Notes: a model not told the origin generated them from the sequence alone. Numbered from the whole stretch's first letter, positions 23,601 to 37,488 are shown. The stretch is DNA of 56,282 nucleotides, filler included, from Sphacelaria rigidula (GCA_964200075.2; 6 parts of 6 records of this genome joined end to end with filler, not necessarily neighbours in it); one strand, 5' to 3'. Made by a program: numbers and translations.

Positions 23601-25824
23601 TAGGATACTGGCCACAACGTCACTTCCCTATCACTGATCGCACATTTCCCGTGTCCCGCCGGTCGGCCGGAGAAAACGCTCTGTCAGGAGCCCGGCATGC
23701 GTCGCAGTCATCCTCTGGCACGGTGGAGCACACCTTGCAAGCAAAGCAAATCTACAGCACGAAACCCCCATCGATATTGCAAGATCTCTCGGCAGCAACA
23801 ACTCGTGCCTACGAGTTATTCTTGAAAACACGAACAACGTTGGGCGTCGCCGACGTAACAGGGGGGAGCGAACTCTATCAAAACGCGGTAATGATTGGAT
23901 CCGTTCCTCTGGGCTAGACAATGACAACAGGAACCGTGACGAAATTGATATCGGGCGAATAATGGCTGTGTGGGAAAGATTTTTTGAGAACGCAGCCAAG
24001 GTGTACATGGATCTGCAGAATGAAGCACACCTCGATGGCGACGACGAGATTGCTCGATACGGCGTCACAGGCAGCGGGCGAGAGACCAGCACCAAACCAG
24101 GCATTCAAAGCAATATCGACGAGGAGTCCAATCTCCATCTGAGTGGTGCCTGGCGCGACAAAGGTAGGGCAGCGATGGACGTGGATTACATTCGAGACGG
24201 CAACGGTAATGAAGAAGGCAGATTAGCTAGTAGGGATGAATGTTTTATGTCTCCCGGTATTATTGCCGGGGAAAACACACTGACGCCGCGTCGAAGCCTC
24301 TCTTGCTTGGAGCTCTCACCCCACCGCAGTTCACGAGGAGATGAAGAGACGCATCATGTCGTGTTCGAGCCAACAAATATGTCAATAAGCACATCGCAAC
24401 TCGCGAAAGAGGAATTTAACGGCCGCAGTCACTCTTCGGATGCTTTGCAGACATCCACTGTTGCAGGTATCGAAGGAGGGGGGTGGACATATACTGATGA
24501 AGCGCGCTATGAACTACCGCGCGCCAGAACCACCTCACAAGCATACCGAAGTCAAGAGCGGATGTCGAGTGTGACGCCGTTGGCCGACAAAGAGCGATTG
24601 TGGATTGCCTGCTGGGATAGAGAATCGAAGTCGATTTACTACTCTCACTCCAAAACAGGGGAGACAACGTGGTCTCCATCCCTCTCTGCCGATGGTGCAC
24701 CGCCGGATTCTAGTCTTGTTTGGGATCCTGAGAGCGTGGCGTATTATACAGTGGAGGACGACGGCTGCTCCCGCTGGATAAAGGACTTGGGCCACCATGA
24801 GGTTTCACTAGGTGCATCTGGACCCAACGACGCTGATGTTGCCACCACAGCAGGCTGTGCTGGGTCTAGCATAAAGGGGCGAGAGAGACGGGGCCTTCAC
24901 GATGGACTTGGGACCGTCCGCAATAGTCAGCTTTGTTGGCAAAATTTTGAATCCGTTTCCGACGAGACATGCCTGTCTCCTGCGTCACGGACCGCATCGA
25001 AGGGGACTGGTTCGAATGATGAAGACGATCACATCTTTCACGAAGCCTGGACGGATGAGAGAAGATTTGTATCATTTCTCAAGCACCGTTCGGAGGTAGA
25101 AACACCAAGCGGTCGACATCCTGCGGCTGCTGGTGATGACATCTACACCGCAGTCGCTCGGTACGGCGGAGGTGTCGATGAGAGGCGGCGAGGGTCAGAC
25201 AAGGAGGTTTTTCGAGAAGATGATGATGGAACTGCGGGTTTCTTTGAGGCACGAGATATACAAAGCTCCCATGCGCAACAAGCCACCGGTGTACTCGAAG
25301 TCGCTGTAGCAGCGAACGGGTCTCAACAACAACAGAACAACAAGCAACAAGTAGGATTAACTGCCAATGAGAGGCACAGTCCTCAGCACGGAGTTTTGGA
25401 TGCAGAAGGAAATGGAACTGAAGATAGCGCCCATGTCGATCTTTTTGGTGATTGCGCCTACGAGAAAGCAGACTCCCAGGCGACAGCCACAAGCGCGGCC
25501 TGTGACGACACCGAGTCTGTAGTAGGAGGAGAAAACGTAAAAAATGACATAATCGCAGAAAGTGGAAGCAATCTGGATGTCATGATTTTTGCGCAGAATA
25601 GTTGCACGGCGACCTTGCCGGCGTGGATGCTGTGGTCTAGGAGCGATCCTGACTCACCTTCATACTATATTAACCGAGAGACGGGGGAAACGAGCTGGAC
25701 ATTACCGCAGGATGCCGCGATTTCGAGCCGAGGGTGGTTGATAGCGTGGAGCGAAGAACACCAGGAATACTTTTACGTAAACGAGTGGAGCGGACGAGTA
25801 ACATGGCAGTCATCAGACCTCTGA
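20678..25824 (+). CDS. Multi-exon ankyrin-repeat + WW-domain protein
   Basis: Phase-consistent exons 22836-22960, 23223-23335 and 23688-25824 give GYFPVHIAAGAGSIESIELLV...RTPLHHAAASGRLECVSLLC...DTPLHLAIRSRSPACVAVIL...ETPIDIA (ankyrin repeats), then WW motifs (WIACWDRESKSIYYSHSKTGETTWSP; WMLWSRSDPDSPSYYINRETGETSWTLP; GWLIAWSEEHQEYFYVNEWSGRVTW). A probable upstream ankyrin-like exon lies at ~20678-20840 (LTEACEREHLDCIELLL). The 5' structure is unresolved. Confidence 0.85.
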
Positions 25825-28091
25825 CAGTGGATTTTGCACGCACGGTGGTGCTCCCCCGGGAAATACATTGTTGGCCACTATATTATTGCAAGTTGATATT
25901 TCTATTTTTTGTGCAACGCTGTTGACTGTGGCTTCATGTGTTGTGAGGTGCTGGCTCGATATTCACGATCCTCTACATGAATCTGAGCCGTTTAGTGTGG
26001 CTTCCTTGTAGAACGTGTGCAGGGCGGGTGGCCGCCTCGGAGCCCACATTCGGATACTCGAAACTAATAAAATAGTAAACCGCCGGAAGAGAGGCAAGAT
26101 GGTACGGTCGTTACATTGTACTAAAAAAGTGAAATCAGCTATTTTTGTTGTTGTTTTACGTTTCTTGTACGTATGTTATCCCAGATTATTGGTGGATACA
26201 TGCGCGCTGCTCAAGCTCTATTGGCCTCAGAGAGTTTAAGAAGATTGCACTGATAGGGTATTTGCTGTCCGAGCCTGGTCTGGGCTTCGTTTTCCCTTCG
26301 TTAGCTTGCTACATCCTAGGAAAGCAGCAGTGGCGGAGATCGAAAAAAAATGTGCTTCCGGCATCGATAAGTTTACAAGCAACAAATACTCATGAAGCAA
26401 GCGTACTGTATAATACCTTCGAAAGGAAGCGACACCCGAACACCCGGGGTCGCACACGCAAGAGAGATAAATGGTCCCGTTACTCGTAGCGTTCTGACGT
26501 TTCGGGTATAGAGTGCGCATGCCTGGTTGTCTCCGTCGTTGTACCTAAACAAGTTTCAACTCAACTTTCTGTCGCGATACAGACTGTACCATCTGTACCG
26601 CAAGATGGGGCAGCTCTGGCCAGTCAGTGGGCACCGTGTCTGCACACGTTCGTTTTCCCCCAAATGTGTTTGATCTGTGGTCACGGGGCTACGGGTTATT
26701 GAATCATGGTAAGAAAAGAGGTTTTGTGCCACACAACATGAATGAACAACGTTTGATGGAAGCAATGGGGTTTAGATGTGCTTTGGATAAGTGCATGGAT
26801 TCTGGGTGTGAGAAGGTCAAGTTCCCTGGATCCTCGTACGAGACAAGTAGTCGGCACGTTGCTTCTCGCTCATGTAGTGCCGATACTACGTTCGATCGAT
26901 TTGGTATACGTACGGCATAAATGTACAGACAGCATTCGACTGCGCATATCGCTGAAGAGTAATCCTCAAGATGAAGTTGGCTGATGGTAGTTTGATTATG
27001 TGTAGATAGGCTGCTGGCCATGCTTCTCAACAAAACGTTCTGAACAACCGGGAGGGAAAGCCGAAGCCTCAAGAATAGTAGGAGTATGACCTTGAAAACA
27101 AAAGACACGTCTAGAGCATGACACGTGGTGTCTAAATGTCAAATATGACACGGAATACTTATTCTCTTGGAGTATGACACGTAAGTGTCCGCAACAGATG
27201 TGTCAAATTGGTTGTGGTACCGTAGAAAGCGAAAAACGGATTCTGAAAAATGAGGCTGAACATTCAAACGGGGTTGAGGCTGCCTTCCAGAATGTCACAT
27301 TTCACGTGAAACAGTTTTGCTAAAACAACCAAGTGAGGATTTTACTTGTCCGTTGAAACTTCCTCTAGCTTGCTTGCCGTGTCGCGTAATGTTGCTCCGG
27401 TGCTGATAACTCCTTCAGTACATACGAAACGGCTCTCACTACAGTAGGTGAGGGAAGGTGCTGTTCATTGGATTCCCTCATCTTGAATGAAAAAAAGTGC
27501 CGCAGATTTTTGCGAGTCAGTCTTGAAAAAACTCGCAAGGGGCATGGAATTTCTCACCTATGAAACTCCCTGTTTTTTCTGTAAAATGTTTCCAGCAACG
27601 AACGGTGGATCCTTGAAAATGGGGGTCGATTTCAAAAATGAGGTTCAAGCGGATTTCTCGTTTGCAGGGATGACGCGAATCAACTACACAGAGCGAAACA
27701 ATATTCCCCCCCCACAAATCTGCAGCAGTTAAGCAGTTGTGGCTTAATGCACCGAACGAATGCGGTGTACACGCGTGTCGATGACGATATCACCAGAGAG
27801 AGAAGCAACGACAGAAAGGAAGCTCCTCGCCCGTGTCCTTTGTGTGTCCTCGCTCGGCGATTACCGATCGCTTGAGAAACTGGCATCACCGATGTTATTA
27901 CACCAGCATGTGCCGAATTTTTCGTGTGCCGGAACATCGACGTGCGGAGAGATCCCGCCGTCTCTTCATGCCTGTCGCCAACGCGAAGATCGATTTCTCT
28001 CTTCCTCTCCTTTTGGACAGGACGCGCCTCTGTGCGCTGAAAAACATGTCGTTGAAAAATAGGGCAATGTTCCCGTCACCGCTACTACTGT

Positions 28092-28191
28092 NNNNNNNNN
28101 NNNNNNNNNNNNNNNNNNNNNNNNNNNNNNNNNNNTTAATTAATTAANNNNNNNNNNNNNNNNNNNNNNNNNNNNNNNNNNNNNNNNNNNN
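28092..28191. other. Artificial contig spacer
   Basis: N44-TTAATTAATTAA-N44. Confidence 0.98.
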
Positions 28192-28267
28192 AAAGGGATG
28201 CGTGGTGAATGGTCAAACGTTGAAGGCAAGCAACAGATGAGCACGCCGCCCCCCCCCCCCCCCCCCG
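28192..28267 (+). mobile_element. LINE 3'-end fragment
   Basis: Similar to 9414-9470, followed by a poly-C run. Confidence 0.7.
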
Positions 28268-30496
28268 CCTCTTCATTCCCCTCCCCGCGCTGCCCACAAG
28301 ATTGTGATTTGGATCATGAACCCAGTTCGTTCCAGTACTGTCACATGATTTCTGACCGTTATCCTGTAAAGGAGGATTTTCCCTGTAGCATACTGTGGCG
28401 TATGCGGGATTGATTCCGCGATAGCCCCCCTCTCCCGAACCAGGCCATACGGCGCGTGATAGCTGGTTCCAGATTGCATGGAGCGCCCCCTGTTAGCGAC
28501 ATCGGCGAAGACTATCTCAAGCTTGCGAGTTCCCAGCTGCTCAGTGTGCTTCGACTTTGTCATCTTGATTCGCATGTAGATTCTGCCTCCTCAGATCAGT
28601 CACTTTCTCTGAAGAAGAGCTTCGCGGTCAAGTACTGTTGAAAGTGCCGTACTAGAAAATAATGAGAACGAGATCATTGGAATGAAACGATTATGACGCA
28701 CAACCGACGTCTGGCAACCGTTGTATGTTCCCTTTCGCATTAATATTCTCTCCGAAATGTATTTTTTTTCTTATGAGAGAATGCGGAAGGGAACGTAAAA
28801 TTGTTGCCACGCGTGGGCTGTCCGTCATCATCAGTTTCACCCTCACTATCTCGAGCATAATTTTTATTTCGTTCAGACCCTCAGTCGCAATGGTCTGGAA
28901 ATAATGTCGGAAAAGCGTGTTCTATACAGCTCCGTGAGAAACGACAATATCACTTTCAGCACCAAGCATTTTTTCGTGCTGCATATGAAGAGATTTTGTT
29001 GGATTTTTGTTCATTTCGTAACTCTGTGTTATGAGAGCCCGATCGATCCCCTCATTTTTTTTTTCATGTTACATTATTTTCTTCAAGTAGAAGGGAAATT
29101 GAATTTGAAAGATGGTGTCTTCTTATGACACCTTTGGTGTTCGCGTTACACACGCATGTTTGTTTTTTTGTTTGGGGGTTTGTCGTGGGCATAGCGGAGC
29201 ACTGAATGTATGTTTTTTCCTTTTTTTTTTCGCTGAAATACGTGAGAAAGACGTGGTTTAAAAAAAGTGAGGGTGGCTTTTTTTATTAAAGACGTTGGGA
29301 ACCTTAGTAAGCACCGAAATACTCTCGAGAGCCAAACAAAAATGCACCATCCTGCCGTGATGTGTGGCGTCGCTTATTGTAAAAAACAATTCACCTGCAA
29401 CATCGGAAATCCTGTGTCAACAGGGGGATTATGGAAATAAGAACAATTTTTTGCACGGGAATGAATAAAGATCGGAATCGCTTGGTATCAACACGGGAGT
29501 TTACAAATTGCGGATGGACTATTTTGAAGATGAGCGGGGCCACGCATCCACGGCCAGGTCGTGTATTTGCATTCTCATTTCGAAAATATTTCGATGCTCA
29601 TGAAGAATGTCCCGAAGGTTGGTTCATCCTCAATGAAGAATCCATCCTCAAATTGTAGAACCCCGTGTTGAGAGCAGGGTCTGTCGATGGTGACCTATTG
29701 ATGCCTGCGTCGCATAACCTGTAGCCTCACATATGACTGACGGAGGGCAAGGGGAGAGGAGGATTGACCGTCTTGTCATGAACGCGCCGTAGTTCTGACG
29801 GACGACTGAGATACTTGGGGTCCGAAAATGAGCGAGATATTGAAGCGTTCGACGGGTCCTTTCCAGACCCGTGTCAACTCCTGCAATATATCAAATCGTT
29901 GTATGTAGGGGTCTTCTGTGTAAAATCGCTGCCTTTTTTTTCTCTTCACAGATTCGGTCGTGGTCTAGCCTGGTGTACGAATGCCTCTACCGTTCATACA
30001 CCCCAATCGGTTCGCAATTTAGCGGTCAATGTTGGCGATAACAATAGATGGTTGAACGGGGCGGTGATGTCGGGGGGAAGAGGGGGTAGGGGTTGCGGTA
30101 ATGATTTTGGTGTGAGAAAATGGGGATGCGTGGTTGCGGACGCTAATATTGTTGAACCGCGGGGAACGGACTTGGATTTTTTTTTAGACTGAAAGAAAAC
30201 TAGAACGACGTGGGATCAGCTATGCCCAAGTGGAGATGGCGACAAAATTCACGCAGACATGAAAACTCGGTGGATGGATATGCATCATGTGATGTGATAT
30301 GGTGATGTTTTGCTCCTCCTGTTGCTGCAAAAAAGAAGAAAAAACCGACAAAAGGGGAGGAATGGGGAAGAAGAAAGTGAACAAGAAAGGATAAAACGAG
30401 CCCCATTTTCCGTCTTGTGTTGCTCGCGCGTCGTCTCGGCTGTCCGTTGCCTTTTGTGGGACTGTTTTTATTTTTTTTCCTTCTCTCTCTGAAAAA

Positions 30497-31952
30497 TGAG
30501 CAGCATCAGCAGCACGGGGGCTCAAATGAGTCGGATGCCGCAGGGGCGGCGAACCGAGAAGCGTCATCGCCACCCCTGCCACCCGGCGGGGTCACCAGCG
30601 AAGGGAAGGACACAGCGATGGAGGTGGACATGCCAGCAGCGGCCACCGTGGCGCATGCACCGGGAGGGAGTCCACCGGCGACCTCGGAGGAGGTGGATGC
30701 GTCGACGTCGGCCGCCGATGCACCGGCGGGGAGTACCAAGGAGGGAGCACGGGTCTCGACGGCGCTGCCATCCGATACGCTTAACGCGGATGAGCTACCG
30801 GCAGCGGGTGGTGGAGCGAAGCTGGCGCCTGCCGCGGAGGCAGCCCCCTTGGAAGTCGTTGATGGGAAGAGTAAAATGTCGGGGTCGGGAGATGGCGCGG
30901 TCGCAGCGGGGACACCGGGGGCGGCGGTGGGTGAGGGAGGGGAGCAGGGGGAGGAAGTGGGCATGCCGGGTGAAATTTTTGGACCGGAGCACTTGTTGCG
31001 GTTTCTGGTGGCGCTCCCTTCCATGCTGGACAAGGTACTGATGAACTTGGGTGCTTGTGCGTGTGATTGTTCCTCAACTTTTATTTTTAATTTCACGATA
31101 TTACTTTTCATTCTGTTCATTTTCGTCGTTCGTGTCAGTCGTTTGGCTGTGCGCTTTTTCTCCCCCCCCCCCACCCTCTCTCTCCCTCTTTTTACAAAGA
31201 GGAAACGAGACGTTCTCGGGGGAAGTGTGGGAAGTAGACGAATGTGGCATGAAATCGTTTGGTACGCTGGACAGGAGCGAGAAAACGATGGCTATACTGG
31301 GGGACAGTTGATAACCACAGACGGCGAAGCAGGATGGGGATGAGAAATGCAGAAGGCTTTGGTGTAATGCATGGTGACAACGTACCGAGGCCCCACATGT
31401 AAATGTCTTCGTGAGGAGTGGGAACGGTGCTCCGTCGCGATGGGTGGTCAATGGTCAAATGATTGCGGCAAGCAACGAATTAGGACCCCCCCTTCACCCG
31501 CCTCCCTGCTCCCTGCTCCCTGCTCCCTACTCCCTGCCCTCCGCTTTGTTTTTCGCTCTTGGTGAATGCCTTCGTTTTTGTGTCCGCAGTCGTACAACGA
31601 GAACTACTCGGTGCAGAAGATGATCCCGGGTTCTCGAAAGTATCCTGCTAAGATGAACAAGATGCTAGTCCTGCTGGTGAATCTCCTAGAGGATCTGTTG
31701 AGCGAGGGAGCTTTCGACAGAGAGTACGTAACGCCTCCATGCCCGCCTCCACCCGCACAAGATTCATCTTTGCCTCTACCCCCGCAAAATCCATCTCCGC
31801 CTCCACCGCAGCAAGACCCATCTTCACCTCCACCTCCGCATGATCCATCTCACCCTCCACCGCAGCAAGAGGCGTCAGCAGCACCGCGACCCACCGTACC
31901 TCAAGAGCCAGCGCCTCGAAAAGCAGCACCTGAAGTTGCCTCGTCTGTATGA
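30497..31952 (+). CDS. Last two exons of an MRG-domain (MRG15/Eaf3-like) protein
   Basis: Exon ~30497-31034 ends 'PGEIFGPEHLLRFLVALPSMLDK' (MRG signature YGxxHLLRLxxxLP). A phase-0 GT-AG intron spans 31035-31589. Exon 31590-31952 encodes 'LLVNLLEDLLSEGAFDREY' and a Pro-rich tail. The start of the first exon is approximate. Confidence 0.75.
31195..31492 (+). mobile_element. LINE 3' fragment within the MRG gene intron
   Basis: Reverse-complement similarity to 4715-5025 (gaggaaacgagacgttctcggggga...gatggctatactgggggacag...gtggtcaatggtcaaatga). Confidence 0.75.
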
Positions 31953-33424
31953 CGGGATGCTCGTCGTCCATGCAACATGGGGAGGGGAACCGGCTCGGTG
32001 GGCATCTGGACGAGACGTTAATGGAAACGCACCCCCGTCTACGGCAGTAGCAGGGACTCCCTTGCATGACGAGGTGTACAGTCGGAACCATGGTAGGAAA
32101 GAAACAAGGTCCAGATCGTGTTGTCATGGGGAAGAGGGTTCATGACGTCACAACAGGCAGCCCCTCCCACCCTCCCATACTTCTCGAGGGTGCCCACCTT
32201 GACTCCAGTATGGAAGGGGGTGCTCGTGAGTGCTTTGCACCTTAATAGGTCTGTATTATATGTCTCCTTAGTGTGGAGTGTGTATCGTTTTGGAGAGTTG
32301 AGACGATGTGCCCCGTCATTCTGAAATTATGACACGTACTCTGATTGGGTGCTGATGCCTCCATCCACGCTCGGTTCTTTTTGGGGTGTGATGAGGGGCC
32401 TTTGTCTTTCGCTTGGAGGTGGGCGCCGACGATGTCTGCAGCAGAGGAACGCAAGAGAGGATATCGAACGAGCTTCCCGCGTGGACATATCGACGTTTTG
32501 TGCCCGCATTTTTCCGTTGACTTATCTTTGTATAGGGGGCATCTGTTTGGCGAACGTGTTGTTGCTGTACCGCTGTATTATGTTTCACTGAAGTACCAAA
32601 TACTGTGGCAGTTGATGAAAAATGGAAGACTTGGTTTTCATGTGCCGAGTGCTTGGGATTTTGTATGTGGGGGCTTTCGAATTGCTCTTGGCCAGAAAAT
32701 GATTGTGTCTTATGAGAGGGAGTGCTGGAGCATGACCTTGCTTTGTTGTCACGAGTGCGACCAGTTTCGTTTGTAGACATTTTTTCTCTTATTAAGTGTT
32801 TTGTTGAAAGGTAACGTGGTGACTTTTTCGTTGTACGATGCGATGGGGTTTGTGAAGCAACGCGCCAGGACTGGAGTTGGACACGCTTGTTATCATGGCT
32901 TGGAAAACACCGCAAAGCAAATTGTCATGCTCGAAACTTAGGGAATGTTTACCCGGTTAGGATTACTGTCGCATTTTTCAAGCGCCGTGATGCTGCAAAA
33001 TGGCTGTTATTGTGTAAAGAGGTGAAAAAGGACAGTAGATACAAATAGGGCTTTACATGTGACGGGACGGGATACATGAATTTTATGTGTGTATTGTATG
33101 CCGCTCTGCATCCAAGTCAGCGCCTCATACCACGTGCCATCTCTTTTCAGGTGAAGATGGTTGGTTTTTAGTGGGGTGAGCAAATGCCGCTTTTGAAGTG
33201 TTGCATCACCACGGACGGTAGAAACGGCGAGCGAGTGTGGTGTTCATTGCTTGTGTGTGGAGTACGCTTCTGGTGATAAACTTGCGTGGCTTCTGAAGAT
33301 ACGTAATAATATGCACTGGCATCATTATCACTTGGTGTGGGATGATCCACAGTACATACTGTACCAATGACTCTCTGGCAGCTCCCGTCGCGAAGGTTTT
33401 CCGCGACATTTCGTGTTCAACATC

Positions 33425-33736
33425 GCCGGTCGCCCCTGTGGCTCAGGTGGTAACCTCGAGATGGGGAAAATCGGGACGTGGGTTCGGATCTCGTTGAAGC
33501 CAGAGAATCCGGGATTTTTTCATATCATGCCCAATGGTAGAAAGCGACTATTGGATGTTGCGGGTGCAAAAAGGTGGACTTCACGGTCGACGAGGGAAAC
33601 GGACGGCCAAACTATTGTCGCAATAAAAGCGAAGGCAAGCGCCGCAAAAGGAAGGTGGAGTACTAGAACGAAAATGAAAAATGACAAACAAACAAGAAAC
33701 TCATGTGTTGATGCTCCTCCTGTGTGACACCGGCTG
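33425..33736 (+). mobile_element. tRNA-derived SINE-like element (copy 2)
   Basis: gccggtcgcccctgtggctcaggtggtaacctcga start, B-box ggttcggatctc, shared cttcacggtcgacgagggaaa core with 6887-7190. Confidence 0.7.
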
Positions 33737-34026
33737 GTGCGTTCATGTACAGGCAGTTGTTGAGTATAACCCGCAATATCGAGAGTAGAGATCCGAAGAT
33801 TATGAGTGGATCAGCATTTGCGGGCGAATATTCCAATTTTCTAATTGGTTGTTGTCTCAGGCTTTTCCAGATTCGGCTTTAGATTTCTGTGACAGAAAAC
33901 ACTCTCGTTTTTTTCGGAATACTTTTAGAAAAATGAGCACAACTTTTCGGAAAACGAGCACAACTTGCTAAAAAAATGACCCCATCATCTTGAGTACAGG
34001 GCGGTACACAGCATCATGCGTGTCAA

Positions 34027-34968
34027 TAACACTGGAATCCCCCGAATTGTTTTTAGAGGCACAAGTGTAATGGAAATCTGAAATTTGGACAGCCGCTGCT
34101 GTTCGAAATATATCCTAATTCCAAACTTGGAATATAGTTGAGAAAGGATTCATTTCGAAGAGCTTCAGCTGTACAGACAATCCTATATATACACTGTATA
34201 TCGCAGATGGAATTTGTACACCAAGAACACCTGAAATTGGGTGGAGAAAGAACTTGCTCGCGAGCAGCTTCAGCTGTTCAAGTCCTATTTACTGCACGCA
34301 AGCTTTTGTTGCAGCTGATGCCATAATGACAGATGGTAATTGACCTCGCTAATAAATGCATACACCTGATGAAAACCCCGTAGTCCCGCGTCGACGAAAC
34401 TAACACAATATACAGGGGATAATGAAACATCGATCTTATCGCATACTGCGTAATCAGGATGTATATTCACAACAATAAACTATACTGGACTGTACAATAC
34501 CGTTGCATGCGGGACAGTGCGCTATACCGCCGTGCTTATACGTGCGGCGCCATGTACTGCAGATGGCTGGCTATAAATACAATGTATAGATGCCTGCAGC
34601 TTATTGTGATATATGGGGCGGGTGTTATTTACCGTCACGAACTCCAGTTTTTTACGCCCGTTCCACATCATATATTTGCGCGCACATCTGCTGCAGCACA
34701 GTAAATAGGGCGTATGAAAGGGAAGGGGAAACGTATACAGTACAGACAGCGCAGGACAATGTGTATATGTATGTTCTCTACCTACAGTGCGACGTGAAAA
34801 GGACTTGGACAACGTGCAGCATATCGTGTACGCGCGGCCTGTATATGCTGCACTACAGTATATGTTATATCGCGGTGCGTCCGCGATCCGCAGCATGCAT
34901 ATGATGGTGAGTGTGTATATGCACACCATAGGCGGCCGGTTGATTGTTGTTCTTCGCACCCGTGCCTG

Positions 34969-35002
<34 letters not shown>

Positions 35003-37049
35003 GCACCCCGCGTATGTCTTCGCCGCGCGCGATGTCGCGACCATGAAAGAAGTAGGTGCTCAAGTTTCCACCAACGAGAAATACATCATATCCACCCGCG
35101 CCGCACGGCAGTGCGTGTATGTGTCTATATCCCTGTGCCCAACCCGTGCTCTTTGCTGCGGGGTTGTGGTCGTATAGCTGGGCGGAATAATAGCACCGTT
35201 GTGCGGGCGGGTGCTTTTGGTGATGTTTGATTTGTGTGCTGTGATAAATACACGGAGTGATGGTCCAGATATATACTATTCATATACGATTTATTAGAAG
35301 TGATATTTTCTAAACATGGTTCGTGTTGGTAGACAACGGAAAACGGGGTTTTGGAGGGAATGTACATAGGAACACGAGGTATATCCGATCGTACAGCATA
35401 TTCCCACCTTCCCAGGGGCTTCACACGAAGCACAGATGTGGACATACCCACGTATCCAACGTGTGGGATCTCTGTTCAGCGAAAGCGGTAGAGAGCTATT
35501 CATCCTTCAGCCCATGTATACATGGACTCGGGGGTAAAAGGATGAATACCTTTCACCAACTTTTTCTGCGTGTTGGATCCCATGCACCGGTGACGATGCA
35601 GTATGCGGGATTTGCCCAGCAGCTAACGCTGCTCGCCATGAATTTCGTTTCCCCCAATCTCTGGATGAATTGGAGGGAAAAGTAAGCATTCATTTCGAGC
35701 TTCTTCTGCCGGTCAAATTCTGAATCTGCCAGTGTGCAAGGAATTTGCGCAGCAAAAGGAGCTGTTCGAAATAGATCCTCTTTCGCTCATCTCGAAAATG
35801 GGCGAAAAAAGGATCGATCTTAAACAGCTTCTTCTGCTGTTCTAAATAAATCCTTTCCTTCGCCGAAATTAATCGGGCGAGAAAAGGATCTGTTTTGGAT
35901 GTAGCCTGACCTGCTGTCCAAAATAAATTCGGGTGAAGAGGAATTCACCTCGGACAGGATGACAAAGTATTGAAGGTATTTACAGATTTTGTACCAAAAC
36001 ATTTGGAATTTCCGAAAAAAAAACACTTGAGGTTTTTTCACCAAAACACGACCACATGACTGTGCAGGGCTTTGCCGACGTGCCTACACAGGGCTGCAAA
36101 TCCAACCCGGGGGAAAACCCTATCAAAACGCTGCCACGGGTACAGATTTTGCATTTCACTGTCAGGGTTTTTTCACGAAGACTGTGGAGGACCCTGTACG
36201 GACCCTGCACAGTGCGCCCCACAGGGTGCTATCTGTCCACGTGTGTGGGCACAGGGATATAGACACATACACGCACTGCCGTGCGGCGCGGGTGGATATG
36301 ATGTATTTCTCGTTGGTGGAAACTTGAGCACCTACTTCTTTCATGGTCGCGACATCGCGCGGCGACGACATATGTGCTGCAGCAGCTGTGCGCGCAAATA
36401 TATGACGTGGAACGGGCGTGAAAAACTGGAGTTCGTGACGGTATATAACACCCGCCCCATATATCAAAATAAGGTGCAGGCATCTATACATTGTATTCAT
36501 AGCCAGCCATCTGCAGTACATGGCGCCGCACGTATAAGCACGGCGGTATAGCGCACTGTCCCGCATGCAACGGTATTGTACAGTCCAGTATAGTTTATTG
36601 TTGTGAATATACATCCTGATTACGCAGTATGCGCGATAAGATCGATGTTTCATTATCCCCTGTATATTGTGTTAGTTTCGTCGACGCGGGACTACGGGGT
36701 TTTCATCAGGTGTATCCATCTATTAGCGAGGTCAATTACCAGATGTCACTATGGCATCAGCTGCAACAAAAGCTTGCGTGCAGTATACAGGACTTGAACA
36801 GCTGGAGCTGCTCGCGAGCTAGTTCTTTCTCCACCCAATTTCAGGTGTTCTTGGTGTAAAAATTCCATCTGCGATATACGGTGTAGATATAGGATTGTCC
36901 GTACAGCTGAAGCTCTTCGAAATTAATCCTTTCTCAACTATATATTCCAGGTTTGGAATTAGGATATATTTCAAACAGCAGCGGCTGTCCAAATTTCAGA
37001 TTCCCATTACACTTGTGCCTCTAGAACAATTCGGGGGATTCCAGTGTTA
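34027..37049. mobile_element. Foldback / long inverted-repeat element (~0.8-kb arms)
   Basis: 34027-34700 is the reverse complement of ~36372-37049, and 35013-35141 is the reverse complement of ~36247-36372. Few mismatches. The left arm carries an extra ~310 bp. Confidence 0.85.
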
Positions 37050-37308
37050 CTGACACGGACCTTCGAGGGCCGCCCCAAAATTCAGAAGTACTAAAAAACT
37101 CAACAAATCTTTAACGACTGCCACGTGTAGCTCCGTGTGTAACCGGCAGGCGACGCTATTGTGATGTCGAGGGTTCACTTTCGGTCCACTCTGATCAGTT
37201 CTTTTTTCCGCCAGTACCTTGCGCCCGCAGCTGCTTGTGAAGAGTAATCTTTGTGCGTAAACACACTGCACAGCATTCCCACCAGCGATGAACTATTCAC
37301 GGGGCGAT

Positions 37309-37413
37309 GGAACCCTGTGATGCACACTATTCATGACCACTGCAGAGAAACCCTGTGGAGAGGAACCCTATGATGCACACTATTCATGACCACTGTACGA
37401 AAACCCTGTGGAG
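37309..37413. repeat. 53-bp tandem repeat x2
   Basis: ggaaccct(g/a)tgatgcacactattcatgaccactg...aaaccctgtggag occurs twice. Confidence 0.85.
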
Positions 37414-37488
37414 CGTCCTGTGCTACGCTGGAAAACACTGTACAGTGAAATTCCCGCCAGAAACACTGCGCAGGGTACGTAAACCATG

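Noticed and set aside
34459-36859. Pairs of near-identical ORFs on opposite strands
   Set aside because: By-product of the inverted repeat arms; no coding signature.
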